Of a stretch of DNA of 32,000 bases, positions 19,003 through 29,379 are shown in pieces; the first letter of the stretch is position 1; the number at the start of each line of letters is the position of its first letter. Both the position numbers and the translations under genes were made by a program. Origin of the DNA: Halomicronema hongdechloris C2206 (GTDB taxonomy: Bacteria; Cyanobacteriota; Cyanobacteriia; Phormidesmidales; Phormidesmidaceae); assembly GCF_002075285.3 (NCBI RefSeq), contig NZ_CP021983.2, positions 5,520,001 to 5,552,000 of the forward strand. Reading direction: 5' to 3'. The notes beneath the pieces were generated by a model that saw only the letters and a program-made list of their open reading frames with translations, was not told where the DNA came from and searched no databases.

Positions 19003-19254
19003 TCAAATTGCAGACGCCCGACTGAGGATATCAGCCACTACCCAGCGCTTACTGCGGCTGAGAGGTCGCGTCTCTCGAATACGTACTCGATCACCTACAT
19101 GACAGGAGTTTTCCTCATCGTGAACCTTGTATCGCCTGGTTTGAACCATGATCTTGCCGTACTTAGGATGGGGACGGCGACTCTCGACCGCCACCACCAC
19201 CGTCTTTTGCATCTTGTCGCTAACGACAAGGCCGACCCGTTCCTTCACTGCCAT
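19003..19254 (-). CDS. rpsQ: 30S ribosomal protein S17
   Basis: 83 aa. [21 protein letters not shown]...RYKVHDE. Confidence 0.95.
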   Translation of the reverse strand: MAVKERVGLVVSDKMQKTVVVAVESRRPHPKYGKIMVQTRRYKVHDEENSCHVGDRVRIRETRPLSRSKRWVVADILSRASAI

Positions 19255-19266
19255 CGGAGCCTACTC

Positions 19267-19524
19267 CTACTCGCTATCTGTCTGGTTTATTTGGTCATTG
19301 GCTGCCGAATCCTGCTGCAGAGCAGCCAACTGTCGCTCTCGTTGCACAGTCATCAGCTGAGCCAACCGATGGCGAGTATGTTTGAACTGATGCACTTCTC
19401 GCTCTAGTTGACGAGTCGCTTTTTGGAAGCGCAGATCAAACAACTGACGCTTAGTCGCAACGATCGCATCAGCCAGTTCCTGATCATTGAGCTGACGAGC
19501 ATCCTCAACACTAGGCAATGGCAT
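19267..19524 (-). CDS. rpmC: 50S ribosomal protein L29
   Basis: 85 aa. ELADAIVATKRQLFDLRFQKATRQLE; positioned between rplP and rpsQ. Confidence 0.9.
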   Translation of the reverse strand: MPLPSVEDARQLNDQELADAIVATKRQLFDLRFQKATRQLEREVHQFKHTRHRLAQLMTVQRERQLAALQQDSAANDQINQTDSE

Positions 19525-19526
19525 GG

Positions 19527-19946
19527 TTAACCCTCCTCCGATTCGCGCACAATAAACTTGGTCTTGAAGGGCAACTTAAAGGCAGCCAGTCGCATCGCTT
19601 CACGGGCAGTTTCCTCGGGTACCCCCGCAATCTCAAAGACGACGCGGCCGGGTTTAATGACCGCCACCCAATATTCCGGATTTCCCTTACCGGATCCCAT
19701 CCGGGTCTCTGCTGGACGCATGGTCACGGGCTTATCTGGAAATACGCGGATCCAGATCTTGCCGCCCCGACGGACATAGCGGGTCATGGCACGACGAGCG
19801 GCCTCAATCTGGCGAGAGGTCATCCAACTGGGTTCCGTGGCCTGAAGTGCATAGTCGCCAAAGCTAATTTGATTACCCCGCTGTGCCATTCCCCTCATGC
19901 GACCGCGGTGTTGTTTTCGAAATTTCGTGCGTCTAGGACTTAACAT
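19527..19946 (-). CDS. rplP: 50S ribosomal protein L16
   Basis: 139 aa. [19 protein letters not shown]. Confidence 0.97.
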   Translation of the reverse strand: MLSPRRTKFRKQHRGRMRGMAQRGNQISFGDYALQATEPSWMTSRQIEAARRAMTRYVRRGGKIWIRVFPDKPVTMRPAETRMGSGKGNPEYWVAVIKPGRVVFEIAGVPEETAREAMRLAAFKLPFKTKFIVRESEEG

Positions 19947-20007
19947 GGTGACTTCTTGAACAAAGACAACAGCACCTCAAACCGTATGGCCCTAATCAGG
20001 CTGGCGG

Positions 20008-20739
20008 TTAGGATTCATTGGAGCGATCTTCAAACTGCTGGCGGCGACGCGGTTGACGACGACGCGGCTGAGTATTATTGGCAGCAACCTGCTCCTCCTG
20101 ACCAGGAATCACTTCCCCTCGGAAGATCCAGACTTTAACTCCCAAGACTCCGTAAGTGGTCTGAGCAGTGCGATAGGCATAATCTACATCTGCCCTCAGG
20201 GTATGTAAGGGCACACGACCTTCCCGAGTCCACTCCGTGCGGGCAATTTCTGCGCCGTTGAGACGGCCACTGACCTGAATCTTGATCCCCTCGACGCCGG
20301 CCCGCTGTGCTCGCTGCAGAGCCTGACGCACAACCCGACGAAACGAGACGCGACGCTCTAGTTGCTGCACGATGTATTCCCCTACCAAACCAGCGTCGGC
20401 GTCTACCCGGGCTACTTCCACGACATTGATGCGAATTTGCCGATTCGGATCCTGCAGAAACCCTTGCAGCCCAGTGCGGAGGGCTTCAATACCGCTACCA
20501 CCACGACCAACAACTACACCTGGTCGAGCCGTGCGAATTTCTAGGTCAATTTGGTCAGCCTTACGCTCGATGCGAACATCAGAAATACCCGCGTTACTCA
20601 GGGTTTTATTGACATACTGACGAATCGTATGATCTTCCTGTAGTAGTTCTGGATAACGATTGCCTTCGGCAAACCAACGGGAGCGGTGATCTATGATCAC
20701 CCCCAAGCGAAAGCCATTTGGATGTATTTTCTGTCCCAC
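20008..20739 (-). CDS. rpsC: 30S ribosomal protein S3
   Basis: 243 aa. [15 protein letters not shown]...; basic/acidic C-terminal tail. Confidence 0.97.
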   Translation of the reverse strand: MGQKIHPNGFRLGVIIDHRSRWFAEGNRYPELLQEDHTIRQYVNKTLSNAGISDVRIERKADQIDLEIRTARPGVVVGRGGSGIEALRTGLQGFLQDPNRQIRINVVEVARVDADAGLVGEYIVQQLERRVSFRRVVRQALQRAQRAGVEGIKIQVSGRLNGAEIARTEWTREGRVPLHTLRADVDYAYRTAQTTYGVLGVKVWIFRGEVIPGQEEQVAANNTQPRRRQPRRRQQFEDRSNES

Positions 20740-20777
20740 AGGTATGTCCTCTAATCCTCAGAGCAGCAATTGATCGA

Positions 20778-21140
20778 CTAGTCAGTTTCGGGGCCGGGGG
20801 CCACCGCAATCGTGATATGGCAAGTGGGCTTGCGAATCTGATAGGCCCGCCCCTGAGCTCGAGGCCGATAGCGGCGCAGGGTAGGGCCGGCATCGGCATA
20901 GGCTGCACTCACCACCAGGTCGACTGGATCGAAGCCGTTGTTATGCTCTGCATTGGCAACTGCTGAGCGCAGTACCTTGGTGACCGGATCACAGGCCCGA
21001 TAGGGCATGAACTCTAGAATGATCAAGGCTTCCCGATAGCTGCGACCCCGAATTTGATCCAGAACCCGTCGCACCTTACGGGGAGACATGCGGATATATT
21101 TAGCAACCGCTTTAACCTGTGTAGACGTATCAACCGCCAT
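20778..21140 (-). CDS. rplV: 50S ribosomal protein L22
   Basis: 120 aa. [27 protein letters not shown]. Confidence 0.96.
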   Translation of the reverse strand: MAVDTSTQVKAVAKYIRMSPRKVRRVLDQIRGRSYREALIILEFMPYRACDPVTKVLRSAVANAEHNNGFDPVDLVVSAAYADAGPTLRRYRPRAQGRAYQIRKPTCHITIAVAPGPETD

Positions 21141-21160
21141 GAGCTTTCCCCTTCGCCTCT

Positions 21161-21439
21161 CTACCGTCGTGCCTTCTTATCGCTCTTGGCGTGGCCACGA
21201 AATGTGCGCGTTGGCGCAAATTCTCCAAGCTTGTGCCCCACCATCTGTTCACTGACATAGACGGGAACATGCTGTCGACCGTTATGCACTGCGATCGTAT
21301 GACCGATCATCTGGGGCACAATCGTCGATGCCCGCGACCACGTCTTAATGACTTGCTTATCCCCTTTGGCATTCAAAGCCTCAACTTTGCGAAGTAAATG
21401 ATCTGCGACAAAGGGACCTTTCTTTAGAGAACGAGACAT
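21161..21439 (-). CDS. rpsS: 30S ribosomal protein S19
   Basis: 92 aa. [16 protein letters not shown]...[29 protein letters not shown]. Confidence 0.97.
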   Translation of the reverse strand: MSRSLKKGPFVADHLLRKVEALNAKGDKQVIKTWSRASTIVPQMIGHTIAVHNGRQHVPVYVSEQMVGHKLGEFAPTRTFRGHAKSDKKARR

Positions 21440-21495
21440 GACTCTGTCAACCCAATCAAATATGTCAACAATCTGCCCAACCCTGCTAGCCGTGC

Positions 21496-22359
21496 TTAGG
21501 CATTTCGCCCCCCACGCCCTCGTTTGGATACACGACGGCGACGACGCACGATGAGCGCATCGCTGGTTTTCTTCTTCTTCCGGGTTTTATACCCCAGGGC
21601 TGGTTTACCCCATGGAGTTACCGGACCGCTACGGCCAATCGGGGCCCGACCTTCACCCCCACCATGGGGGTGATCGGCTGGGTTCATGACACTACCCCGA
21701 ACCTCGGGACGACGACCACTCCAGCGCTTGCGACCAGCTTTGCCCAGGGTGATATTGCGAGAGTCGGTATTGCCTACTTGGCCGATGGTGGCGTAGCACT
21801 CACACCGGACCATGCGGACCTCTGTCGACGGCAACTTCAAGGTGACATAGTTGCCTTCTTTGGCCACTAACTGGGCCGCTGTTCCAGCGGCTCGGACGAT
21901 CTGGCCCCCCTTGCCAGGGAACAATTCGACGTTGTGAATCAGAGTACCTAGGGGGATCTTGGCTAGGGGCAGGGCATTGCCGACCTCCAGAGGAGAATCG
22001 GGTCCTGCAATCACCGTCGCGCCCACTGGCAGATGAGCCGGATGCAGAATGTAACGTTTATCCCCGTCTTGATAGTGCAAGAGGGCAATACGAGCATTCC
22101 GGTTGGGATCGTATTCGATGGTGGCGACTTTGGCCGGAATATTATGTTTATCGCGACGAAAATCAATCATGCGATAGCGACGCTTGTGCCCTCCACCCCG
22201 ATGACGACAGGTAATGACGCCACGGTTGTTTCGGCCCTTGGATTGGTGCAAAGGCTGAACTAAAGACTTTTCTGGCGCCTGTCGGGTAACGTCAGCAAAG
22301 TCTGAGACGGTACGTTCTCGGGTTGCAGGGGTATATGGCCGGTAGGAACGGATGCCCAT
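21496..22359 (-). CDS. rplB: 50S ribosomal protein L2
   Basis: 287 aa. [14 protein letters not shown]...[13 protein letters not shown]. Confidence 0.97.
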   Translation of the reverse strand: MGIRSYRPYTPATRERTVSDFADVTRQAPEKSLVQPLHQSKGRNNRGVITCRHRGGGHKRRYRMIDFRRDKHNIPAKVATIEYDPNRNARIALLHYQDGDKRYILHPAHLPVGATVIAGPDSPLEVGNALPLAKIPLGTLIHNVELFPGKGGQIVRAAGTAAQLVAKEGNYVTLKLPSTEVRMVRCECYATIGQVGNTDSRNITLGKAGRKRWSGRRPEVRGSVMNPADHPHGGGEGRAPIGRSGPVTPWGKPALGYKTRKKKKTSDALIVRRRRRVSKRGRGGRNA

Positions 22360-22442
22360 AACTCTAGTTATCTTTGGCTACATTGCTGTCGAACTCGATG
22401 ATGGATGACATGTGATAGATGTCAACCTGGTTAGATGTGATG

Positions 22443-22739
22443 TTAGACATCTGGGAAGAGGGTGATGGTGTCCCCCGGAGCCAAAGTGACCATGGCTCGT
22501 TTGTAGGAAGGCTTATAGCCGAGGAAACGGCCAAAGCGGCGCTTCTTGCGAGGGGGATTGCTGGTACTAACACCCACAACCTTGACATCAAACAGTTCTT
22601 CAATGGCCGCTTTGATGTCCGGCTTAGTGGCATTGGGAGCCACTTCGAAGGTGTACTGGTTGTTTTCCAATAACAGGGTGGCTTTTTCAGTCACGATGGG
22701 ACGGCGGACAATGTCGGCCAGGGTCTGGGGGTTAGTCAC
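22443..22739 (-). CDS. rplW: 50S ribosomal protein L23
   Basis: 98 aa. [24 protein letters not shown]. It overlaps the rplD end by 8 nt. Confidence 0.95.
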   Translation of the reverse strand: MTNPQTLADIVRRPIVTEKATLLLENNQYTFEVAPNATKPDIKAAIEELFDVKVVGVSTSNPPRKKRRFGRFLGYKPSYKRAMVTLAPGDTITLFPDV

Positions 22740-23364
22740 TGTAAACCTCCTGGATTGTCTGGAGTGCAGCTGATGTGACCACTAGGCGGTCAGCCGCCAG
22801 CAGGTCGTAGACGTTGAGGTTGGTGGCCAGGATCACTTTCAGATTGACCAGGTTACGGGCAGACAAATAGAGGTTGTCTTGGCGGTCGAGCACCACCATC
22901 AGGACCTTCTCGTTAGGATCAATGCCCCAGCGTGCGATCGCATCTACCAATTCACGAGTCTTGGGGCGGGACAGCTGATCGGTAAACTCTTCGACCACTA
23001 CCAAATCATCAATGCGGCTTTGGAAAGCCGTCCGCAGTGCCAATCGCCGTTCTTTGCGGTTCATTTTAGTGCTGTAATCTCGGGGTTTAGGCCCAAAGAT
23101 AACCCCACCTCCCCGCCACAGCGGAGACCGACTCGACCCGGCTCGAGCCCGGCCGGTTCCCTTCTGCCGCCAAGGCTTACGGCCACCACCGCGGACTTCG
23201 GCTCGCGTTTTCGCGGCTGCCGTTCCCTGGCGACCATTATTGACTTGCCGTACCAAGGCCCGGTGGACGATGTGGGAAGCGGTCTCTTCCTTGGCCACCT
23301 TAAGAGCCACCGAGGCCGTTCCTACTTCCTGCCCTTGCCAATCTCGAACAACACACTCAACCAT
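22732..23364 (-). CDS. rplD: 50S ribosomal protein L4
   Basis: 210 aa. [40 protein letters not shown]. Confidence 0.96.
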   Translation of the reverse strand: MVECVVRDWQGQEVGTASVALKVAKEETASHIVHRALVRQVNNGRQGTAAAKTRAEVRGGGRKPWRQKGTGRARAGSSRSPLWRGGGVIFGPKPRDYSTKMNRKERRLALRTAFQSRIDDLVVVEEFTDQLSRPKTRELVDAIARWGIDPNEKVLMVVLDRQDNLYLSARNLVNLKVILATNLNVYDLLAADRLVVTSAALQTIQEVYSD

Positions 23365-23418
23365 GGTTTTTCCCCGTCGCTGCTGGGTTGTTTCCCCTAC
23401 GATCTCTGATCAACTGAC

Positions 23419-24054
23419 TCAGGCCCCGACCACCGTAGCTGGCGCAATGCTCAAGAGAGCACCCGGCTTACCAGGCACAGAGCCCTTTACCAGAAGCAAG
23501 TTACGCTCGGCGTCTACTCGCACCACCTGCAACTTACGGATGGTGACGGTTTCATGTCCCGTGCGCCCAGCCATTCGTTTGCCCGGATAAATTCTTCCTG
23601 GTGTAGTACCAGCCCCGGTGGAGCCAGGCAGGCGGTGATTCTTTGACCCGTGAGACATGGGGCCTCGGCCAAAATTATGGCGCTTCTGATACCCGGTGAA
23701 CCCACGGCCAATGGAGGTGCCAGTAACATCTACCAATTGACCCACCTCAAAATGATCGGCGGTCAAGGTCTGTCCCGGCTCAAATCCATCAGTGCCATCC
23801 ACTCGATACTCTTTCAGATGACGGACAGGCTTGACTCCCACCTTGCTGAGATGCCCAAGCTCCGGCTTGGTCAAGGCCTTCTCAGTAACTGCCCCAAACC
23901 CCAGTTGAACCGCGGCATATCCATCGGTCTGCAGAGTCTTTACCTGAGTAACAAAACAAGGACCGGCTTGAATTACCGTTACCGGTACCGCGTCGCCTGC
24001 CTCATTGAATATCTGGGTCATCCCCAGCTTGGTTCCGAGAATCCCGACAGCCAC
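23419..24054 (-). CDS. rplC: 50S ribosomal protein L3
   Basis: 211 aa. (M)[35 protein letters not shown] start with GGGAGA 9 nt upstream. It is the first gene of the minus-strand ribosomal cluster. Confidence 0.96.
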   Translation of the reverse strand: MAVGILGTKLGMTQIFNEAGDAVPVTVIQAGPCFVTQVKTLQTDGYAAVQLGFGAVTEKALTKPELGHLSKVGVKPVRHLKEYRVDGTDGFEPGQTLTADHFEVGQLVDVTGTSIGRGFTGYQKRHNFGRGPMSHGSKNHRLPGSTGAGTTPGRIYPGKRMAGRTGHETVTIRKLQVVRVDAERNLLLVKGSVPGKPGALLSIAPATVVGA

Positions 24055-24325
24055 AGCCCCCGTCTCCCTTTACACACACTACAGAGGAGGTAACCAATTA
24101 CGGCTTCCTCCCAAAACAATTGACGCCAACTCAACAACAGCCATCAGGCAGCCTGTACTTTGTCGGCGGCGCCCCGCGTTATGCTCGAACTCAGAAAAGC
24201 GTTAACCAGCCGTTTCGCTTAGTTAAGGCGTCAGTTTCAAGCAGACGCTCGTAGAACGCTGGCTACAGTATCGTCGGGACTTGAGCGGCTACACCACTCA
24301 GTATCCGCAGCGACGACGATTTATC

Positions 24326-24354
24326 ATAGTACATAGTTTATTTCATTTTGTCCA
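24326..24354 (-). promoter_or_regulatory. Candidate sigma70-type promoter for the rplC cluster: TGGACA-N17-TACTAT
   Basis: On the minus strand the -35 element is TGGACA (24354->24349), followed by a 17-nt spacer and the -10 element TACTAT (24331->24326). This implies a leader of about 265 nt before the rplC GTG. It is a motif match only. Confidence 0.3.
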
Positions 24355-24552
24355 GACGGCACCCTAAATTAGCCGTTATCCCTTCCTGGAAGCCACAGAA
24401 GTCCGGCTGAGAGATAGATTTGCCAATCAGTTCTTGGGGATAAACAGAATCGATGCTCTGGGCATGATTAAGCTTCCAGGGGCCAGATATGTATTGAGTG
24501 AGTGCTGTGGCTGCCATAAATCATCTGAAGCCATGGGGAAAGGCCGATCTCC

Positions 24553-24558
24553 TATAAT
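24553..24558 (+). promoter_or_regulatory. Candidate -10 box (TATAAT) for ndhN
   Basis: A perfect TATAAT hexamer lies 47 nt upstream of the ndhN ATG. No convincing -35 element sits at the expected distance. Confidence 0.3.
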
Positions 24559-24604
24559 TTGCAAATGTGTATGGTTATGAACAGTAGACACAAAGGTAGG
24601 CGCC

Positions 24605-25081
24605 ATGGCATTGCTGGCAACTGGTAAGCGATTTATCCGCAATCTCGAAACGGCCGGAGCCCTTGCCGTTCAGGCCCCGTTAGAAGGTGGCTTCGAAGGG
24701 CGCTACCAGCGACGCCTGCGGGCAGCCGGCTACGAAACCATGACGCTAACGGCGCGGGGACTGGGGGATTTGGCTTCTTACCTCACTGGCATCCACGGCG
24801 TCCGGCCAGCTCATTTGGGGAAGAAAACTGTCGGCCAAACCGCGGCGGTGGGAGATGTATATTTTGTGCCGCCAATTCTCACCTATCGATTGCAGCATGT
24901 GCCTCCTAAGGCCAAAGGGCTAGTGCTGTGGCTGATTGAGGGTCATATTCTCTCCCGACAAGAAATAGAATATTTGGCCAACTTGCCCAGTCAAGAGACT
25001 CGTATCAAGATTGTTCTAGAGGTCGGAGGAGAACGCTTCTTCAGTTGGCAGCCTCTGTCAGAGTTTGTCTCGGCTGCTTAA
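24605..25081 (+). CDS. ndhN: NAD(P)H-quinone oxidoreductase (NDH-1) subunit N
   Basis: 158 aa. PLEGGFEGRYQRRLRAAGYETMTLTARGLGDLASYLTGIHGVRPAHLGKK and GLVLWLIEGHILSRQE match the cyanobacterial/plastid NdhN sequence as I recall it. Confidence 0.9.
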   Translation: MALLATGKRFIRNLETAGALAVQAPLEGGFEGRYQRRLRAAGYETMTLTARGLGDLASYLTGIHGVRPAHLGKKTVGQTAAVGDVYFVPPILTYRLQHVPPKAKGLVLWLIEGHILSRQEIEYLANLPSQETRIKIVLEVGGERFFSWQPLSEFVSAA

Positions 25082-25333
25082 TCCCGTTGCTGACTGGCAC
25101 TGTTCCAGCGCTCACCTGCTAAGGGGGCAACGCAGCAAGACAGCAGTTGGTGACGCTCTCTGTCGCAACGCATATATCTGGATTCAATTGCCCCTAGGGA
25201 TAGGAGAGGTTGGATGACTAGACCCCCATATATCTAGGGCGGGTCTTGCCCCTTGATGGCAAGCGGGGATCAAGGGTGAAATTTTGTCATAGGTCGTCTC
25301 GTCATTTTGCTGAGAACCCACTAGCATAAAGGG

Positions 25334-26464
25334 GTGAGCACTTTACTGCATCCTCTGAGATCCTTAGCCGAGGGGCACTGGTTCAAGCTCATTTGCGGAG
25401 CCAGCTATCATTATTTGCCAGCCGTCCATGATTTGGCATTGGTCTATGCCCTGGCAGGAGCAGATTGTATTGACGTCGCTGCGGATCCGGCGGTCGTAGC
25501 GACAGTGTCTCGTGCCTTGCAGATGGTGCCCCAGGTGATCCAGCAGTACCCTGGGCATCTTGAGCTGCGGTCGCGGTCAACGCCCCTAGTCATGGTCAGC
25601 CTGAATGACGGTGAGGATCCTCATTTTCGCAAGGCTACCCTCGACGCTACCCGATGTCCAGAGGATTGCCCTCGCCCTTGCGAGCACATTTGTCCCGCCG
25701 ATGCGATCGCATTGACTCAGCCCACCGTAGAGCCTGGAATCGTGGAGGCCCGGTGTTACGGGTGTGGTCGCTGCTTGCCGGTATGCCCCCATGCCCTCAT
25801 TTCGACTCGTGCTGATCAGGCCACGTCGGCTGCGATCGCATCGACCCTAATCAATGACATTGATGCCATTGAGATTCATACCCAAGTAGGCCGAGACCAA
25901 GCCTTTCAACAACTTTGGGAAAGCCTTATTCCTCGGTTATCCCGGCTGCGACTAATCGCCATCAGTTGCCCTGGGGGGCCAGGAGTCCTCGACTATCTCT
26001 GGCGCCTGTACCACCTGATCCAGCCCTTGCCAGTTCCCTTGATTTGGCAGACAGATGGACGCCCCATGAGTGGCGACATCGGCACCGGCACCACCCATGC
26101 CACCATTCACTGGGGTCAACAGGTCCTACGCCACGGTCCGCCTGGCTATATCCAACTGGCTGGGGGCACTAACCAACACACGGTGGCAAAATTAGCGACC
26201 TTGGGATTACTCCAGCCGATGACATCGCCCTCCTCAGGACGTGCCATCGCTGGAGTGGCCTATGGCAGCTATGCCCGCAAACTGTTATTACCGCTGCTGG
26301 AACCCCCTGCTGCTATCCCCGCTGACGCGGTCGCGACTACACCACCTCCACCCTTAATTGCTCGCCCCCATGACTTGCTTGCAGCTGTGCAACAGGCTCG
26401 CAACCTGGTGGATTCGCTTAAACGAGCGGTGCCGCCACCGCAACCAGCGGTAGCCAGGATATGA
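25334..26464 (+). CDS. ldpA: LdpA-like iron-sulfur protein (light-dependent period protein; two 4Fe-4S-type Cys clusters)
   Basis: 376 aa, GTG start. The N-terminal block is [41 protein letters not shown]. The Cys motifs are [14 protein letters not shown] and [12 protein letters not shown]. Confidence 0.75.
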   Translation: MSTLLHPLRSLAEGHWFKLICGASYHYLPAVHDLALVYALAGADCIDVAADPAVVATVSRALQMVPQVIQQYPGHLELRSRSTPLVMVSLNDGEDPHFRKATLDATRCPEDCPRPCEHICPADAIALTQPTVEPGIVEARCYGCGRCLPVCPHALISTRADQATSAAIASTLINDIDAIEIHTQVGRDQAFQQLWESLIPRLSRLRLIAISCPGGPGVLDYLWRLYHLIQPLPVPLIWQTDGRPMSGDIGTGTTHATIHWGQQVLRHGPPGYIQLAGGTNQHTVAKLATLGLLQPMTSPSSGRAIAGVAYGSYARKLLLPLLEPPAAIPADAVATTPPPPLIARPHDLLAAVQQARNLVDSLKRAVPPPQPAVARI

Positions 26465-26474
26465 ACTGTCAGTT

Positions 26475-28343
26475 TTGGCAAACAAACGTTCCCTGTTGGT
26501 GTCTAGTTATTGGCTCTCGAAGGTTATGGTCAACCTCCACGGCAAACGCTCTATTCCCGATCAGGCTTCCAATTCAGCCCCTTCCACAGCCCTTCCCTCT
26601 CCGGCAACGAGTGATTTAGGGCTGATTCTGGCAGTGCTGCCCCCCAAAATTCGCCAAGCCCTGGAGCACCATAACCATCGCGATCAGCTCATCGAAGTGG
26701 TCCTGGATTTGGGACGACTTCCAGAAGCTCGCTTCCCAGAGGGAGCCGAGTATCTCTCCCAGGTCCCGGTCTCACAAGACGACCTGAACTACTGCATCGA
26801 TCGCGTCGGTCACTTCGGCGGCGATAACCGGGCTGGGATTGAGAAAACGCTGCACCGTATCAGCGCCATTCGCAACCGTTCTGGTGACATCATTGGCCTC
26901 ACCTGCCGGGTGGGACGAGCTGTTTTTGGCACCATTGGCTTAATTCAGGATCTAGTCCAAACTGGTCGGTCGATTCTGATGCTAGGACGTCCGGGGGTGG
27001 GTAAAACGACTGCCCTGCGGGAAATTGCCCGGGTGCTAGCAGATGACTTACACAAGCGGGTGGTGATTATCGATACCTCCAATGAAATCGCTGGCGACGG
27101 GGATATTCCTCACCCAGCCATCGGCCGGGCCCGACGGATGCAGGTGGCCCATCCCCATGAACAACATCAGGTGATGATCGAGGCTGTGGAAAACCACATG
27201 CCAGAGGTGATTGTCATTGATGAGATCGGCACTGAGCTGGAAGCATTAGCAGCTCGCACCATTGCTGAGCGAGGCGTGCAACTGGTGGGGACAGCCCATG
27301 GCAATCGGCTGGAAAATCTGATTAAGAACCCTACCCTATCGGATCTGATTGGCGGCATTCAATCGGTCACGCTGGGGGATGACGAGGCCCGGCGACGGGG
27401 TAGTCAGAAGAGTGTCTTGGAGCGCAAGGCACCTCCTACCTTTGACATCGCCGTCGAGATGCTGGAACGTCAGCGCTGGATCGTCCATGAAGATGTGACT
27501 GAAACGGTCGACAGCCTACTGCGTGGACGCCAACCGGGGTCCCAGGTGCGGACCACGGCTCCGGATGGCAGCGTCAGTGTGACCCATGAATTGCCCGATC
27601 GGCCCGGCCTTGACTTTACCCGATCCTCTCGCCGTGGTGGTGGCGGTTGGCGGGCTTCTGGCCAAATGGTGCCGCCGCCACTGGGAGAATCCGCTACCCG
27701 ATCAGCTCCCTCGTCGTCGGAGCAACAACAATTTCAGGCGTTGCTGGATCATAGCTTGAGTATGCAGTCAGCATCGTCTAGCCCTTGGCCGCCTGAGGCC
27801 AATGGTGGAGACCCACCGCCTGTCGGCCCCAATGGCGAAGATATTGTGCAGGTGTATCCCTATGGCATCAGCCGCCATCATTTAGATCACATTATTCGGA
27901 CCCTATCCTTGCCGGTAATGTTGACGAAGGATCTAAATAGCGCTGAGGCCGTTTTAGCGTTGCGATCGCATGTCAAGAACCATACGAAATTGCGCCACAT
28001 CGCCAAAGCCCGTCAGATTCCGATTCAGACCGTTAAATCCAACAACATTCCTCAAATCACCCGATCCCTGCAGCGTTTACTCGATATGGATGACAGCAGC
28101 CTTTCCACCGCTGTCAATCTGGAGTTATTTGCCCGCAAGGGCGACGATGATGAGTTAGAAGCCCTAGAAGAGGCTCGGCTAGCCGTCGAACAAATTGTCA
28201 TCCCCAAAGGCCAACCCGTAGAGCTCCTGCCCCGTTCAGCTCGGATTCGCAAAATGCAACACGAATTAGCAGAGCATTACCGGCTGAAATCCCACAGCTT
28301 TGGCGACGAACCCAATCGCCGCCTGCGCATTTATCCAGCCTAG
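26475..28343 (+). CDS. AAA/P-loop ATPase with a C-terminal R3H nucleic-acid-binding domain (Ycf45/SpoIIIAA-like family)
   Basis: 622 aa from TTG 26475; the first ATG is at 26526. Walker A is GRPGVGKTT and Walker B is VIVIDEIG. A low-complexity Pro/Ser/Gly linker follows. The C-terminal R3H motif is [30 protein letters not shown]. Confidence 0.8.
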   Translation: MANKRSLLVSSYWLSKVMVNLHGKRSIPDQASNSAPSTALPSPATSDLGLILAVLPPKIRQALEHHNHRDQLIEVVLDLGRLPEARFPEGAEYLSQVPVSQDDLNYCIDRVGHFGGDNRAGIEKTLHRISAIRNRSGDIIGLTCRVGRAVFGTIGLIQDLVQTGRSILMLGRPGVGKTTALREIARVLADDLHKRVVIIDTSNEIAGDGDIPHPAIGRARRMQVAHPHEQHQVMIEAVENHMPEVIVIDEIGTELEALAARTIAERGVQLVGTAHGNRLENLIKNPTLSDLIGGIQSVTLGDDEARRRGSQKSVLERKAPPTFDIAVEMLERQRWIVHEDVTETVDSLLRGRQPGSQVRTTAPDGSVSVTHELPDRPGLDFTRSSRRGGGGWRASGQMVPPPLGESATRSAPSSSEQQQFQALLDHSLSMQSASSSPWPPEANGGDPPPVGPNGEDIVQVYPYGISRHHLDHIIRTLSLPVMLTKDLNSAEAVLALRSHVKNHTKLRHIAKARQIPIQTVKSNNIPQITRSLQRLLDMDDSSLSTAVNLELFARKGDDDELEALEEARLAVEQIVIPKGQPVELLPRSARIRKMQHELAEHYRLKSHSFGDEPNRRLRIYPA

Positions 28344-28488
28344 TCGACCGTATCGTAACAGCCAGGCCGATCTCAGCAGGGTTGTCCGCGCCCGCCCTTG
28401 GGTCGGATCCCGCCTCAAGATAAGATAGCTACAGTACAAACGGCTGGGATCACCTTGAGACTGTCTCAGCCATCGCGTCCATCTTACT

Positions 28489-28905
28489 ATGGCTGATGTT
28501 CCCATGAGACAACTCCTCACTCGCCTATTCGCCTTCGTTCTGGTCGCTGTCATCGGCCTGACAGGCTGCAGTGCTGGCACCAGTGGTCAAATGACCGGCA
28601 ACTACCAACAAGACACCCTGACAGTGATAGAGGGTCTACGGTCTGCCATCCAAGCGGATCAAGATGATCCGGCCAAATCCCAAGCCCAGTCGCAAGCCCG
28701 TGCCTTGATCAATGACTTTGCCGCCCGCTATCGACGGGATAGTTCGGTCAAGGGATTAAGTTCCTTCACCACCATGCAGACTGCCTTAAATGCGATCGCA
28801 GGTCACTACAGCTCCTATCCCAACCGTCCCATTCCCCAAAAGCTCAAAGATCGGGTTGAGCAAGAATTGCGGCGGGTAGAAGCCGCCCTAAAACGAGGGC
28901 GCTAA
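28489..28905 (+). CDS. psb27: Photosystem II assembly lipoprotein Psb27
   Basis: 138 aa. The signal peptide and lipobox are LVAVIGLTGCSAG. Supporting sequence is GNYQQDTLTVIEGLRSAI and FTTMQTALNAIAGHYSSY. The start may instead be ATG 28504 (MRQLLTRLF...). Confidence 0.88.
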   Translation: MADVPMRQLLTRLFAFVLVAVIGLTGCSAGTSGQMTGNYQQDTLTVIEGLRSAIQADQDDPAKSQAQSQARALINDFAARYRRDSSVKGLSSFTTMQTALNAIAGHYSSYPNRPIPQKLKDRVEQELRRVEAALKRGR

Positions 28906-29066
28906 TTCAAGTATTGACCTCCCCATCAGCATCCCCATCTCATAGATAATCCGGGTCATTTAACCTTAGCCAGCCCCTTGGTCCCCACCAAATACTCCAT
29001 GGCAAAACCCCACGACTAGTACTCTGTGGCCGATAGGGCGTCAGAGTCAGTGCTGGCAGGAAATGT

Positions 29067-29096
29067 TTGACTATCCGTTTTTGTTTTTGTTAGGAT
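29067..29096 (+). promoter_or_regulatory. Candidate promoter for rpmJ-rpsM-rpsK-rpoA-rplQ: TTGACT-N18-TAGGAT
   Basis: The -35 element is TTGACT (29067-29072), followed by an 18-nt spacer and the -10 element TAGGAT (29091-29096). The -10 ends 35 nt upstream of the rpmJ ATG. It is a motif match only. Confidence 0.35.
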
Positions 29097-29131
29097 GGCA
29101 ATTCTGTAGTAGAGCAAAAATCTGATTGGAC

Positions 29132-29245
29132 ATGAAAGTCCGCGCATCTGTTCGTCGAATGTGTGAGAAATGCCGCATTATCCGCCGTCGTGGTCGGGTT
29201 ATGGTAATTTGCTCCAACCCGAAACACAAGCAACGCCAAGGATAA
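29132..29245 (+). CDS. rpmJ: 50S ribosomal protein L36
   Basis: Below the ORF-track length cut-off. My translation is [37 protein letters not shown], 37 aa with the C-x2-C...C...H zinc-ribbon pattern typical of L36. Confidence 0.93.
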   Translation: MKVRASVRRMCEKCRIIRRRGRVMVICSNPKHKQRQG

Positions 29246-29379
29246 CTCAGTAAACATCTATCTACAGACCCCTTCCACGCTGATAGCACTATTAATACTA
29301 TTCAGCCAGACAATCAGCTAGATCACTAGCAGGGTTAAGAAAACACAGCGGTACTGCAGACTAAGGGAGAAAACAACCG

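Noticed and set aside
28456-28468. A 13-nt palindrome, TGAGAC-T-GTCTCA, upstream of psb27.
   Set aside because: The 1-nt centre cannot form an RNA hairpin. Taken as a DNA operator it is a single short site with no supporting context, so I treat it as chance until it is shown to be conserved.
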